Made by a program: the position numbers and the translations under genes. The notes beneath the pieces are model-generated. The model ran no database searches, was not told the DNA's origin, and saw nothing but the letters and a program-made list of their open reading frames with translations. A stretch of 64,000 nt of DNA, taken from NCBI GenBank assembly GCA_051294375.1, contig CM119269.1:646272-710271 (forward strand), in the 5' to 3' direction. How positions within the stretch are numbered: the first letter of the stretch is position 1; the number at the start of each line of letters is the position of its first letter. Shown here piece after piece: positions 1 through 12,100 of the stretch. This stretch comes from Paraspadella gotoi. Lineage: Eukaryota > Animalia > Chaetognatha.

Positions 1-92
1 CGGATAAACTGCCAAAAACATTGAAGGTTGGCGTAGGAGCTACGGCGTCTCCTGGGATATTCCATATTCCATTCTCTTTTCCCGATTCTTAG

Positions 93-3000
93 GACGTTGC
101 CTCCGACGGTGAGGTCTATTCCGTCGAGGTCATTTCTTCTGAGGCGTCAGTTCGAGTGATGGCGGCCGCCGAACCTCAGGCCTCCATCGTTATAACCTTG
201 ACCTCACCTACTATGAGAGAGTCTCCGGGTAAGTTCACAGCAGGCCGAAATAATTCGCCGGTCGTCCTTGCTTGAAAGATTCGTACGTGCGTTTGGATTG
301 CCTGGTGAGCAGATGAATTTATGGCTGCAGCAGGGGACATTTAGTTGCAACGAAACTAATATAATTCGGTGTGACAGTTTGTTTTTCGTTTAAAAATAGA
401 CATATTTACGCTTTTTTTTGCTTTCTAAGTTGTAGTGCCTTTGGATTCTGATTATTGATTTCGTAGTTTTAGATTTAGGTTTTCAATTCCATGTGCCAAT
501 ACCTTTTGCCCTAAATAACAAGTGAATATTAGATAATATTTCAAGGACCGAATGTTACCAATAAATTTAACTTTATTTCTTGTGGATTGGTCCTGTTCCA
601 GTAGCATGTTATAAGAATTAAAATTATTTAATATGTTCACACTTGCTTATTTATAAATTTGAAAAATAGTTAGCAATATTAGTTAATTTAATTCGATCCC
701 ATGTATCTTAAGTATTTTGAAAATAAATTAATTGCTTTACTCTGAAATTAACTAACTTTAACGGTACATGTGGATAATATTAATTATTTTTTAAATTACA
801 ATATTGCACGGTTTTATGGCACATTTGAATATTTTACTATTTGGGAATGATTGCTGCGTGATGAATATAATTAGGGCAGTTGATAATTTATACACTCATT
901 TTAGATTCATCTGCTTCAGCGACTGGGAAGTCAACGGCGGTTAAAGAGGAGCCTAAAGATGTCCTGGACAAGGCCAAGTGTTTAACAGCTTTGGCTGAGC
1001 TACGTCATGCGAAATGGTTCCAGGTTGGCAGGGGGCATGTTCTGACATGATTTTAACATGTTATAACATGCTCGACAAGAGCTAAAAATCTGCTTACGAG
1101 AAGTAATTAGTATGAGTGCCTTAGAATTTTTTATTTGATGATCCGAATAATGCAGGATTTCTAGCTCTCCTTCCCCTTACTTTACAAACATTCTTATTCC
1201 CAATATATTGACGACATCGGGATGTAAAGTCATAATAGTTTAAAGTTTATGTATATTAATGGAATGTTTGTAAATGAATTACAGCTTGAATGGCGTGTTT
1301 TAAAGTCCACTCTTGGTGTAATATTCTTTTCACCCTTATATTTGAAGGTTGGAAAGAATTTGTGGCAGACAATGTAAAGGGTTTTCTTGTCAGGAGCCCA
1401 AAAGACGGATTGATCCGCTCAACTTCGCACCAAATAGTTCATCTGGGGTGTAAAAAAGATATTAATATTGCTGCTGTTACTTGAGCTCTCATTGTCTGCA
1501 CCCAAAAACAGCTGCCATTTGTCGGGAACCTTTCCTAAAATATTTTCAGCCTAAAGTTATCAAAATGTAACAGACTAGTTAGATCAGATATTTTGTCTAA
1601 ATATTATTACTAGGTATAATTTTAATACGATTAATGGTGAGCCTTGCGCGACTTCGGAGGGGGGGGGGAGACAAGACAAGACAAGTAGAGAGATAACAAG
1701 TCTGTTCATTATTTGGCCTTAATGGAGGAAAAAAGTAAGCAGCTTCCTTTATTCCTTCATCGATAAAAATTTGATGATATCGTCGATGGCTAATGTCTAA
1801 TGGCTAGCCATTTCAGCACTTGAAGCATCTTCTTCACTCAAAATCATAAGATGCCTCCACAGGCTTACGAGACATTCCTCGAAAAAACTTAAGATTTTGA
1901 ACTTTTGAAACATTCAGACAATTCGAGACCTTTTTAGTTTTGGGTTTATCAGCGAACTTATCGGGTGAGGTACACTAGTAATTTGATTTCAAATTGTCAT
2001 TTTCATGACCAACCGTAATTGGGACTCCAAATACATATGTTTTGGCCTTTTTACAGAACAAAACTTAACAATTCATTGAATAAATGGGTATTTTTTCATG
2101 AGTTTATTCGGTATACCTACAACATAAGCCACAGCATTATATATAATTTTTTTAACATTACTGTTTTCAGTAAGCGAATGGGAAACTTAAATTTAGAATT
2201 AAATTTTTAAAAACGCCTTGGAATGAGTTGACTAATTACATTCTATAGTAAGGCGGAACAGGTTACAAACTAACAAAAGTCCGGAAAAAATATTGAAAAA
2301 TAAAGATCGAAAATTTTTTTTAAAAAATCTCATAATTAAACGCATGGAAGCTATTTTATATTATCTAAATATAAAAAAAATTTTAAGAAATTTTAATTTT
2401 TTTTAACGGATTCTGATAAAGCTTAGAAAGTCATATGAAGGTTATTATGACAACTTTTTGAAATTTTAATGATTCATTTATGAAAATTAACAAAAACTAT
2501 AAAATATAATGGATGATGATGATGATGATGATTTTTGAAGGTTTTTTAAATTTTAGCCCATTTATTAAAATTTTTGAAATTTGTAGTACTAACCTTTGTT
2601 TAATTTTTAATCTTTATCAGAATCCATTTTTAAAAATTTAATTTTATTAAAAAAACTTTTAAACATTTCTTATATATTGTTAAATATTAAAATGGTTTCG
2701 TGCATGAGGAAAATTAATTTAATCAAAATCTAATATCATAAGTCAATTTGGTTGTAAAAAGACTTTTATTGCAGACTTTTTCATATTGTAAAAAATGATA
2801 AATTCTGGCCCGCTTTATTCTATATTGAAGACAATTAGAAGTAATAATGTCACAACCTTAAGTAATGTCATAATTGGAATGTATTATTACGTCATCACAT
2901 GCCATGGTATTTTTTATTTATCTAGTTTTGGTTGCTGCATAGATCCATAAGGGTGAAATAAAATATCACAATTTTATAAGAACATAATGCAAATGGAATC

Positions 3001-5388
3001 AAATTGAAGTGAAATCACTCGTGCATCTCACCGATATTTTGTCATTTCCTAATCAACGCTTTACTACTGGGCAGTGGGCACATTCTACTTTTTCAGAAAT
3101 AAGTCATTCATCATGAAAGATACTCTTCAAAATATAATTATTTTTCACTTTTCTTGAGCAATGAGTGATAAGTAAATAAGGATATATCTATAAGAATAAT
3201 ATATAATGAATAATAATGGCTATTAAAGCGTACCTTAATTCTAAAAGTGAGGAATGAACAACCTTGTACTAATGAACATTAATGTATAACCAAATTGTTT
3301 TATAAATTTTGCAATTTACGCAGGATATATTTATACCTAGTACTAAACCTATAAATGTTAAAAATTCAAAATGGTCAAAATTCTTCAAGGATGGAAATCT
3401 TCCATCAAAATTTAAAAAAGCCGATTTTAAAATTTTACGATTTTATAAGATAGTACTGTAAATTAATATAGCCTACTGTGAAAATTAAAAAACATAAAAT
3501 AATTTTTTTTTATAAATTAATATTAACTGATGGTTTGTTGTTCATATTAACATTTAGAATTTTCTACGCTCTAATGGCTATATATCCTACTTCCAAGAGA
3601 TAATAAAAACTGGTTGAAACATGTACGTATGTTTCCGTTGTTTTTTTTTTGTTTTTTTTTTTTCAAAATAAACTTCGATATGAAAATAGAAACGTTTTTA
3701 ATACAACAACAACAAATGTTTTCAAGTAAAAAACAATTTTTATCGTTGTTGTAAACCAAATCCGAAATTTTAAAGTTAATGGTATCATTATTTAACAATA
3801 AGGCTTATAATAATATTAATAATTACAATGATTGAATACCTTTCATGAAAAAAAACATTTTTTGAAAGGTCAAAGCGTTTTTTGGTCCCGGTATTTCTTG
3901 AAATGTCTGTTTAGGAAATAGTTTATATAAATAGTCAACGATTAGAAGATGAGAGGGTGGATGAGTAAAGCCTCTTTAATTTTTGAAAGTTGGGGAGAAT
4001 AAGGGTTGAATTTTTTTTTAAAGTTATAGCACTTTGCTACTATTCTCTATCTTTGATAATTGATACTTCTAATTTTTGACATTTTAACTAGTAAATTTCA
4101 AATCTCAAATGTAGGAAAGAAATAACAATTGCTTAATTTATTGCATATTGTTGTTTCTTTTCTATACCTGAATAAATTATTAATCGTTTCTTCCCCACTT
4201 TCCCTCTTTTAATCTAAGGCAAGGGCTAATGGTCTGCCATCCTGCGTTGTGCTGATTCGCGTCATGCGACACTTGATTCAAAACGTCCCGGTCTTGTTTA
4301 ATTTCTCTCAATGGGCGATGGAACTTCTTGTAGAAAAGTGTATCTCTAGTGGTCCCCCGGCCCCATCACCAGGTATGTTTCCTATTGAATTTCTACCACT
4401 ACTATCATTCGATCAACTAAATTAATTAACTTAAAGGTGACGCATTTCGCCGAGTGTTCGAGTGTTTGGCATCGGGGATTTTGTTGCCGGGTACACCGGG
4501 CATTCATGATCCGTGTGAAAAGGAACCGACTGATGCCACTGCAAATCTCACGGATCAAGAGCGGGAAGACATTACCGCCTATGCCCAGGTAAGATTCGGT
4601 CTTTCGTTGCTCTGTTTTTTATCGTCGCAATTGTTTGCGCTTGCGTCGATTTGAGCACGAGGCTCCCAATAAATGTTAGATAAATGATAGATCCCCTTTT
4701 TACATATTATTTGTAATTGTATGAAGCTCAAAATTTAGCTATGGCCTCTAATCATCGATGTCCTTTAAAAAAAGATAATGTTATATTTCCAATGATTGAT
4801 CTACTGTTGATTCCATTTACATTATGACTAACTTTAATATGTAAATGAGTATATAGTGATTCGTCCAAAAACGAGTTAAGCTCTGCAGCGGCTGCAAGTT
4901 ACGCGTCTCTCTCTCTCTCTGTTTTTTTATTAAAAAAAATTTGCGTCGAACTAGTGATGTAAACATCGCAGTCGCGCATATTATCATTTTACTATTTCGA
5001 AGTTTGTCATCGGTCTAAATTTTTGCTATGTGGTCGCGACGATGAATTATGCTTTTAAGATTTTTTTGTTTATTTAATACATAGAATGGTCTCCGACTGA
5101 TGGCATTTCGGCAAATTCACAAAGTGTTGGACATGGAACCTCTTCCAGCGCCGCGTTTTAAACGCGGACTGTCAGCCACTGGAAACCGAAAACGAAGGCG
5201 TGATGAAAGCGGCAACGAAATAGATGCCGATGGCGCCGAAGGTAATTAAGTTTATATTGATTGATTATAGATTTATTGTAACTATTAAGGTTGAGCGTAA
5301 ATTGAAACCATCCCGTTTCTGTTTAGGAGTAGATGGCAAGAAGGACAAAAAGGAAGAAGGAAAGAATGAAAAGATGGAAACTATGTAA
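93..5388 (+). CDS. ZFR: Zinc finger RNA-binding protein, C-terminal DZF domain (5'-truncated by the window edge)
   Basis: GT-AG exons 93-228, 905-1023, 4219-4372, 4437-4588, 5085-5241 and 5327-5388 splice in phase. They give ...[11 protein letters not shown]...[36 protein letters not shown]...WAMELLVEK...[19 protein letters not shown]...DPCEKEP...[22 protein letters not shown]...RKRRRD...GKKDKKE*. This matches the DZF domain, and the short tail fits ZFR better than ILF3/STRBP. Confidence 0.9.
2248..2818. mobile_element. Non-autonomous TIR element (MITE-like) in ZFR intron; internal body shared with the 7178 and 17125 elements
   Basis: Imperfect 14-bp TIR gtaaggcggaacag / ctggcccgctttat, flanked by the direct repeat tctata. 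Internal ggattctgataaag...(gat)n...ctttatcagaatcc inverted core. Confidence 0.55.
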
Positions 5389-6020
5389 TAATTTTTTGCT
5401 TGAGTTTTCAAACGTTTGATTTGATTAAACATTGTTCCCTCATTATTCGTATTTAGCTAACGAGTGAAATTTAGAAAATATTAAACACTTCAGACAACCC
5501 CTTTCTATTGGGCAGCGTTTTTGTTTGTGATTTTGGTTGAGAATATCAGTATTTATTTACCTGCTATTGTTTTTCAATAGTACATTTAATATTCACATAT
5601 TCAGATAAACCAGTTACTTCCTTTACTTATTTGGAGGTATTTTTTCATAGGAAGATAAAACTATTCTTGGGTTATTATTTAATTTTTATTAACTCAGTCG
5701 AACTAAGAGTCTATGCGTAAAACTTGTATGACTAATTATGTGCTTTCTTTATTATAATTTTAGTTAATATTTTTTTTTATTCCTCACAAATGTTGCAGCA
5801 AAAACAAATTGTGATGTAAGAAGAATTTTACTTTATGTACTATTTAGTATTTTTAGTTAGTTAAATAGGAAGTGTAAAAAAAGACGGTTATTTAGTATAA
5901 CTATAAGTTTCATAAAAAGCGTTCACATCTAAGTCATATTTAATACTTATGCCGTTGTTTAAATAACGATCTTTGAGAGAGAGTTGTTGACGCAATCGAA
6001 GATGCAAAACTATTATCAAG

Positions 6021-6212
6021 TGATAAAGAAAAACATCGATTTGGGAAACAGTGCTAATTTTATTTAGACCATGCATTCAAACCATTTAGCTGGTTCATTA
6101 TTCAAGGCCAGAGAAATTTCTCTGGCCTTGAATAATGAACCAGCTAAATGGTTTGAATGCATGGTCTAAATAAAATTAGCACTGTTTCCCAAATCGATGT
6201 TTTTCTTTATCA
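6021..6212. repeat. Perfect 192-bp palindrome with no spacer
   Basis: 6021-6116 is the exact reverse complement of 6117-6212, centred on gagaaa|tttctc. Confidence 0.95.
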
Positions 6213-7177
6213 AACTACTCGGTGCATGAGATGACACTTAACAATCTATTATCAAGTGATAAACAAGTGATAAAAAAGGGAAAAATCGCCTTTGCTGAAA
6301 TTATGGTGAATATAACAAACAAAGAAAAGACAATTTAGAAAGGCATTCTATATTTTGTTAAGCCTTCTAGTCGCTTTGAATTAAAGTTTTTTCTACTGTT
6401 CGACATATTTTCCAATTTAATTTGATAAATTAAATTCTAGTTTATTAGACAGTTATTGGATGAATTAATATTTTTATATTCATATTCTACTAATTTCATG
6501 ATTACTTTACTGCTTCATTTACCTTTGTTGATTTCAAACAATAGGTCCCATTCAGATTTTATAGAATTATTTAAAAACTAACTTGTAGGATTAGTTCTTT
6601 CCAAAACAATTTTCAGAATTTTTAGAAAGTATTATTGTTTTATTCCAAATCTTAATTTCTTATTAGAAATTTCCTTATCAATCACCAAAGAAAAGATGAA
6701 ACTGCCATTGTCCCAACAAAAATGCTGTAATGGTAATGAAATCGGCAAACGCTGGACTATACATATCAAGAGCTGAGAGAAGTGCAATTGGTGGGATTCC
6801 TAATACTTATACTGATACCTTTGTTGCAAAATATGTATTATTTCTTCTTTTATGTACCTGGAATTTAAAGAAGGCTTCTTCATATCTTTGCAGTTGTTGC
6901 TATCAATATGCTTAGGAATCCAAAGAGATGTTTTTTATTTAGGCAACGTTTTGACAAAAAGCTAGAATTTATAAAACATCAGCGATGTAAAAATTAAGCT
7001 AATCTATTAATTAAAAAAAATCATGGGCAAAATTTTGGATAATGTCATAATTTTTAAAATTAACCTGCAAACTTTATATAGCATTGAAGGAGCTAATTAT
7101 ATATATTTCCAAAAACATCTGTGGTACTAATTATAATAAAGCCTGAATAGATCTCAGAGATGCTCCCAAAGCCTTTG

Positions 7178-7709
7178 GTAGAAATCTACTATGAAATTAA
7201 ATTCAATAGGGGCGGGGGTTCAAAACTATTTTCAGGTAAAAAAATAATTTTTTAGAAAAGTTCGATTTTAATGCTTTTATTGTTGCTATCAAAATTACAA
7301 TATTACTATATAATGTTAAAATATTTTTTTATCCATCTTAACTTTTTTGATGGCTTCTGATAGAGCATAAAAAGTTAAATAAAAAATATAACTAAACTTT
7401 TAAAAATTTGTATGTTTTCTTGGTCAAAATTAAGAAAAAGTAATAAAATCGAAAGATGATTATAAATAGTTTTTTAACCACTTATGATCAAAATTAAGAA
7501 AAAAGAATTATACTTTTTGCAAGCTACCTGAATCTTATCTTAAAAATAAAAAATTTTAGATTTCCTATTTATAAATTAATATTAAAAAATTAATATATGG
7601 AGTATTATTAAATTTTTTTGTATAGTCACATTTTTTAAAAATGTCTAAATTTTCGTTTGAGCAAGTGTTCAAATTTCTTAACCACCTTACTGAGTTAGGC
7701 TCTCCCTAC
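7178..7709. mobile_element. Non-autonomous DNA element with GTAG...CTAC termini and 5-bp TSD
   Basis: ctttg|gtag...ctac|ctttg (TSD at 7173-7177 and 7710-7714). Internal sequence is homologous to 17125-17726. Confidence 0.75.
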
Positions 7710-9148
7710 CTTTGGCAAAGGCAAAGCTTCTTTGGAAACCCTCGTTATGAAGAAGAGTCGTTGATTAATTTTAATTAATTATATTAACTATTTACAATAA
7801 AAAACTATTTACAATTAAGAAATGTATACGTTATTACAACGTACTAACAATAATAAAAATAGACGAAAATACTTGAGGCAAAATTGATTATAGACAAAAC
7901 GAATAATAAAAGGTTAAGACGACGTTATTTTAGAGAGAGAGAAAATAAACCAGATTTTTCAAAATATAAAGGATGGAGAGAGAGAGAGAGTTGACCGACG
8001 ACGACGAGAACAAAGAAGTTGAGGTTTCATATTGTTTGGTGAGTTGTATTTTTGCGACGAGGGTAAGTTAATTGACCGAGGTCAATTCAGGTCACCAGAC
8101 TTCTGCCTTTTTGGCCGAATAAATATCTGATTATCTCCACGTTTTCACGATTACTATGTTATTCCAAACTGGACTTAGTAAAATAAATGACAACGCATAA
8201 CCTAAAAAGTTTTTAATTTATAGCATAATAATAGCAGGCATATTTTGACCTAGTTTTTTAGCAGTTTAACAAAATAATCTTATTTTATTGTTAGCCTACT
8301 TGTACGAGATTACAAATTGGAACGATAATTCATAATAATTAGTTGTTATTAGTTATTATTAGTTACAAGATGCTATGGTTATATATTCCAGTGTCTATAA
8401 GTATTTGTAATTAATAGTTAGCAGTTTAGCTAATCATTCCCTTGTTATTTGTCTTAGTGATCAAGTTTTCGCGTAACATCTGTACTTTTGTTGAGAAGCG
8501 AAGTTTTGCGCTTCAACATTAGATGTCCGGAGTTATTTAGTTAATAGCCTCTACTCGTGTAACAATTCGATTTCTTCTTCATTTCCCTTTTCTTCCCCAA
8601 ATGTGGGATATTTATTAGTGAAAATCGGTTTTAAAATACACGTAGAACTTTATGTATTGGCAAAATTTTGCTAATTTCCCGGTCAGACGGTCTTTTGCTT
8701 TACATTAAATAACTTTTTATGTTTATGGTAGATCAACTTGGTTTCTTTCAGATTTTGCTCGATATTCGACGTCTTTCATTTGGAAACATATACTACCTCC
8801 ACCCGAGCAAGACAACATCGCGTGTAAAACGACTTTAACATAATTGTTGACGGTTTGGCTGTAGTAATTCCAGTATTCATTAAGATTGAACCATTCGTTT
8901 AACGTAGTTGAATTTTTATATTTATATGTATTCGTAGTTGTTAACTGCTGACGATTTTAAAACTCAAAAAGGAGCGAAGCTGAAATGTTTTTTTTTTTTT
9001 TCGGTGTTTATTCAAACTCGGGCGCTTTTAAAATGAGCCGCTTTTGATGGTAACAGTTTTTCCACTTCCCGCTTGATCTGGGCCTCTCCCTTTGCGAACG
9101 ATCGTTGCTGCGAGAAGAATATGAGTCGTGGCGCCGACGGACAGAAAA

Positions 9149-12100
9149 ATGGCGAAAACTGCGAAGACGTTTCGACTGCTGCTCATCCTCGTGCTTCTAT
9201 GGGACTCGGTCGCCCGGTCGACAGAAAGCGAATCCATTGGGAAAGTCGATGCCAGCGACGCCACTTCCACGAGCGAAGTCTCGGATGCAACGAGCGTCGA
9301 AAAGATGGATTCTTTGTCCGAAATAACTCGACCAAGCGAGGACGGTACTTTTCGGGCGGACGATCCTCTTGATGAAATCGTGAAAACTAAGGATGAAGAG
9401 GAGGTGAAGGCTCCGCAGGATTTGAGCGACGTTATTGAGGATGTTCACGTCGAAGCACCCTCTTCGGACTCGTTTATCGATGGAGGACCAGCTAAAGATG
9501 GCGACGCGCCATCCGATGAGCCCCATTCCGGATCTCATGGTTTATTACAGCCGGAGAAAAGCGTTAGCGACAATCAGACTTCAACTGGACAACCGGTCGC
9601 GAAGAAAGGCAGTGTCCCCGAGATGGAGGATGACCAAGTCTCACGACGGAAAAATGAGGACGCATCTCTTCCAAGACCCGATGTTATGACGTCCAAAGAA
9701 AACCCGCCCACGCCTACCACCCCTTCCACCCCCCCTTCCACCCCCGAGGAACTGTCTCCAACGCCAGACCTGTTGGACTTCAAAGAGTGGAAGAAGAAGG
9801 TGCTCGAAGACGAGGGAAATCTGGCGGAGAACCCGTCGGAGGGCGTGGTCGAGACTGTCGAATCGGAGACCCCCTCCGTTGAACCCGGAAACGGAGCCAA
9901 GGAAGGCAAGATGATGGGGTCGGCGAATAAAGTCATTAAAACTGCGATCAACCGAGGTAAAATGGCGCCGTTGGCAACTCTATTGAAAACTTTATAGTTT
10001 ATTGACATTGTATAGTCGTTTTATAACTCGTATTCCCGAACGATGGAATCCAGGAAATAACTACGCTTCTCCCGACTGCGGTGCCAAAGTCATATCCTTC
10101 CCCCCGGAGGTCACGCATGCTCCTAAGGTTTTATCCAGCAACCTGGACGATTACATGCAGGTTCGGACAAGTCGTCTTACAAACTTAGTTTGGTATAATT
10201 TGTTTTCAAAAAATCTACTTGACCAGATTCCTTGCAACGCTCCCAAAAAGTGGTTCATCGTGGAACTGTGCGAAGCCATTCACGTCCTTCAAGTGGAACT
10301 GGCCAACTTTGAACTTTTCTCTTCCCGGCCGCGACTCATTTCTCTTAATATCAGCGACAGGTCTTTTCCACTTTTTGAATATATATAAATTGGAATGTAG
10401 TAGCAGCGGAGACATGAACCCCAATTGAATCAGGTATCCGACCCGTGATTGGACCCACGTTGGGGTCTTTGAGGCCAAGGACGAGAAGCTCGTTCAAACT
10501 TTGGCCGTCGACAATGAGGAGATTTTCGCCAAATACGTCAAAGTGGAAATTCTTAATCACTACGGCTCCGAACATTTTTGTCCCGTCTCACTTTTTAAAG
10601 TCTACGGAACATCAATTGTGGAGGTGTACGAGCGCGGAGAGACTGGTCAACAGCCGGAACACGAGGCGTTGGAAGAGTCGGAATCAGGTTTGTGCGGAAT
10701 GGTGGAAACTGGAAAGGGTATGCTCGAATCTGCAGGACTTGCATATCATTGTTTAATACTTATCTTTTTTCGATTGCCAGACGTCCACGGGTCTTCGGAC
10801 ATCAAGACTATCGTCCGTGGAGTGATCGGCAAGTTGGTCGATGGTTTGGTGGGCGATGATGTCAACAAGATTCAAGCGGAAGACGTCTCCAAAGCGGACC
10901 AATCAAAGGACGCGAGGGTGGATTCCGCAATGACCATCTCGGTCTCTAAATCCTCTAAAAATTCGTCGAAAGTTTCCGAGTCTCGGATCAACGCCGATGA
11001 TTCCAACGCCACGGTTTCAGTTTCAAAGGTGAAGGTTTTTTTGGGATTTTGTATTCAACGACCCCGATTCGTTTAAACAAACTCATTTATGTCTCCAGGA
11101 CGACGACCTTAAGACTCGATTGAAAGATTCCATCTTAGATGAGATCACCGTCACCGTTCCGGTTTCACTCAGCTCCTCGGGCGCGGAAACTATCGTGGAG
11201 ACAATTTCATCCGCTTCATCTCCTGAAACTAATGTGCCTCCCTCTCTAAGTATTTCACCAAACGACGATCAGTTGTCCAGATCGACATCGTCGTCAGCGC
11301 CATATCCTTCGGAAGCGTCCGTCAGCGTCACCGAAGGCCCGACCGATGACCCCGATGAGAGTGCCCCTGCATCGGTATCTCTCAGTGGCAATGATTCTTC
11401 GAGCGATTCGTCAAAAGATGTCGGGCAAAACGTTGAAAATTACCGGCCTATCGTGACCTTAGTTGAGCATCGGAAAAAACAGGACACGGTTTCAAGTAAT
11501 AATACTAAATAAGAACATATTATTTTTGTTTATTTATCATTTACTTTTATCGACTTTTTCTTCTTTTTTCTATTGCAGACGACTTTTCCCTACGACCTAT
11601 TGTTGTCGCCAATTCTCAGTGTTCGCCGCTTCATATAACTGAAAACGTGTGCCGCAACTCTTCCAAGTATTCCAACAGCCTCTGCCGATACGTCGAACTT
11701 ATGTCGCCGTCGCATGCGTATCCTACCTCGATTGAGAACTCTCGACAACCTTCGCCCCCTTTCGGAGGGGTCAACGAGCGCGAAATAAGCCACGATCCAA
11801 CGAGCGAAAAAGTTGGAGAGGATTCTAAAATTGATAATTCGAAAATATATGAGCCGAAAGTGACGGAATCAAAATTTATCGATACAGCTGCGGACAACGT
11901 TTCTTCTCTTTCGGTCAACACAGATGTTAGCGTCGGACGAAATGACTCTGATTCTGCTTCGCAATTAAATTCGGGATCGAGCCACTCGACCTTGCCAACT
12001 TCGAGCTTTACTACGGAGAATTTAGCTGCTTCGAGTTCGTTCGTTACGAAATCGATTTCCGTTGCAATTTCAACGAACGCTTCATCCGACGCCTCTCTGG

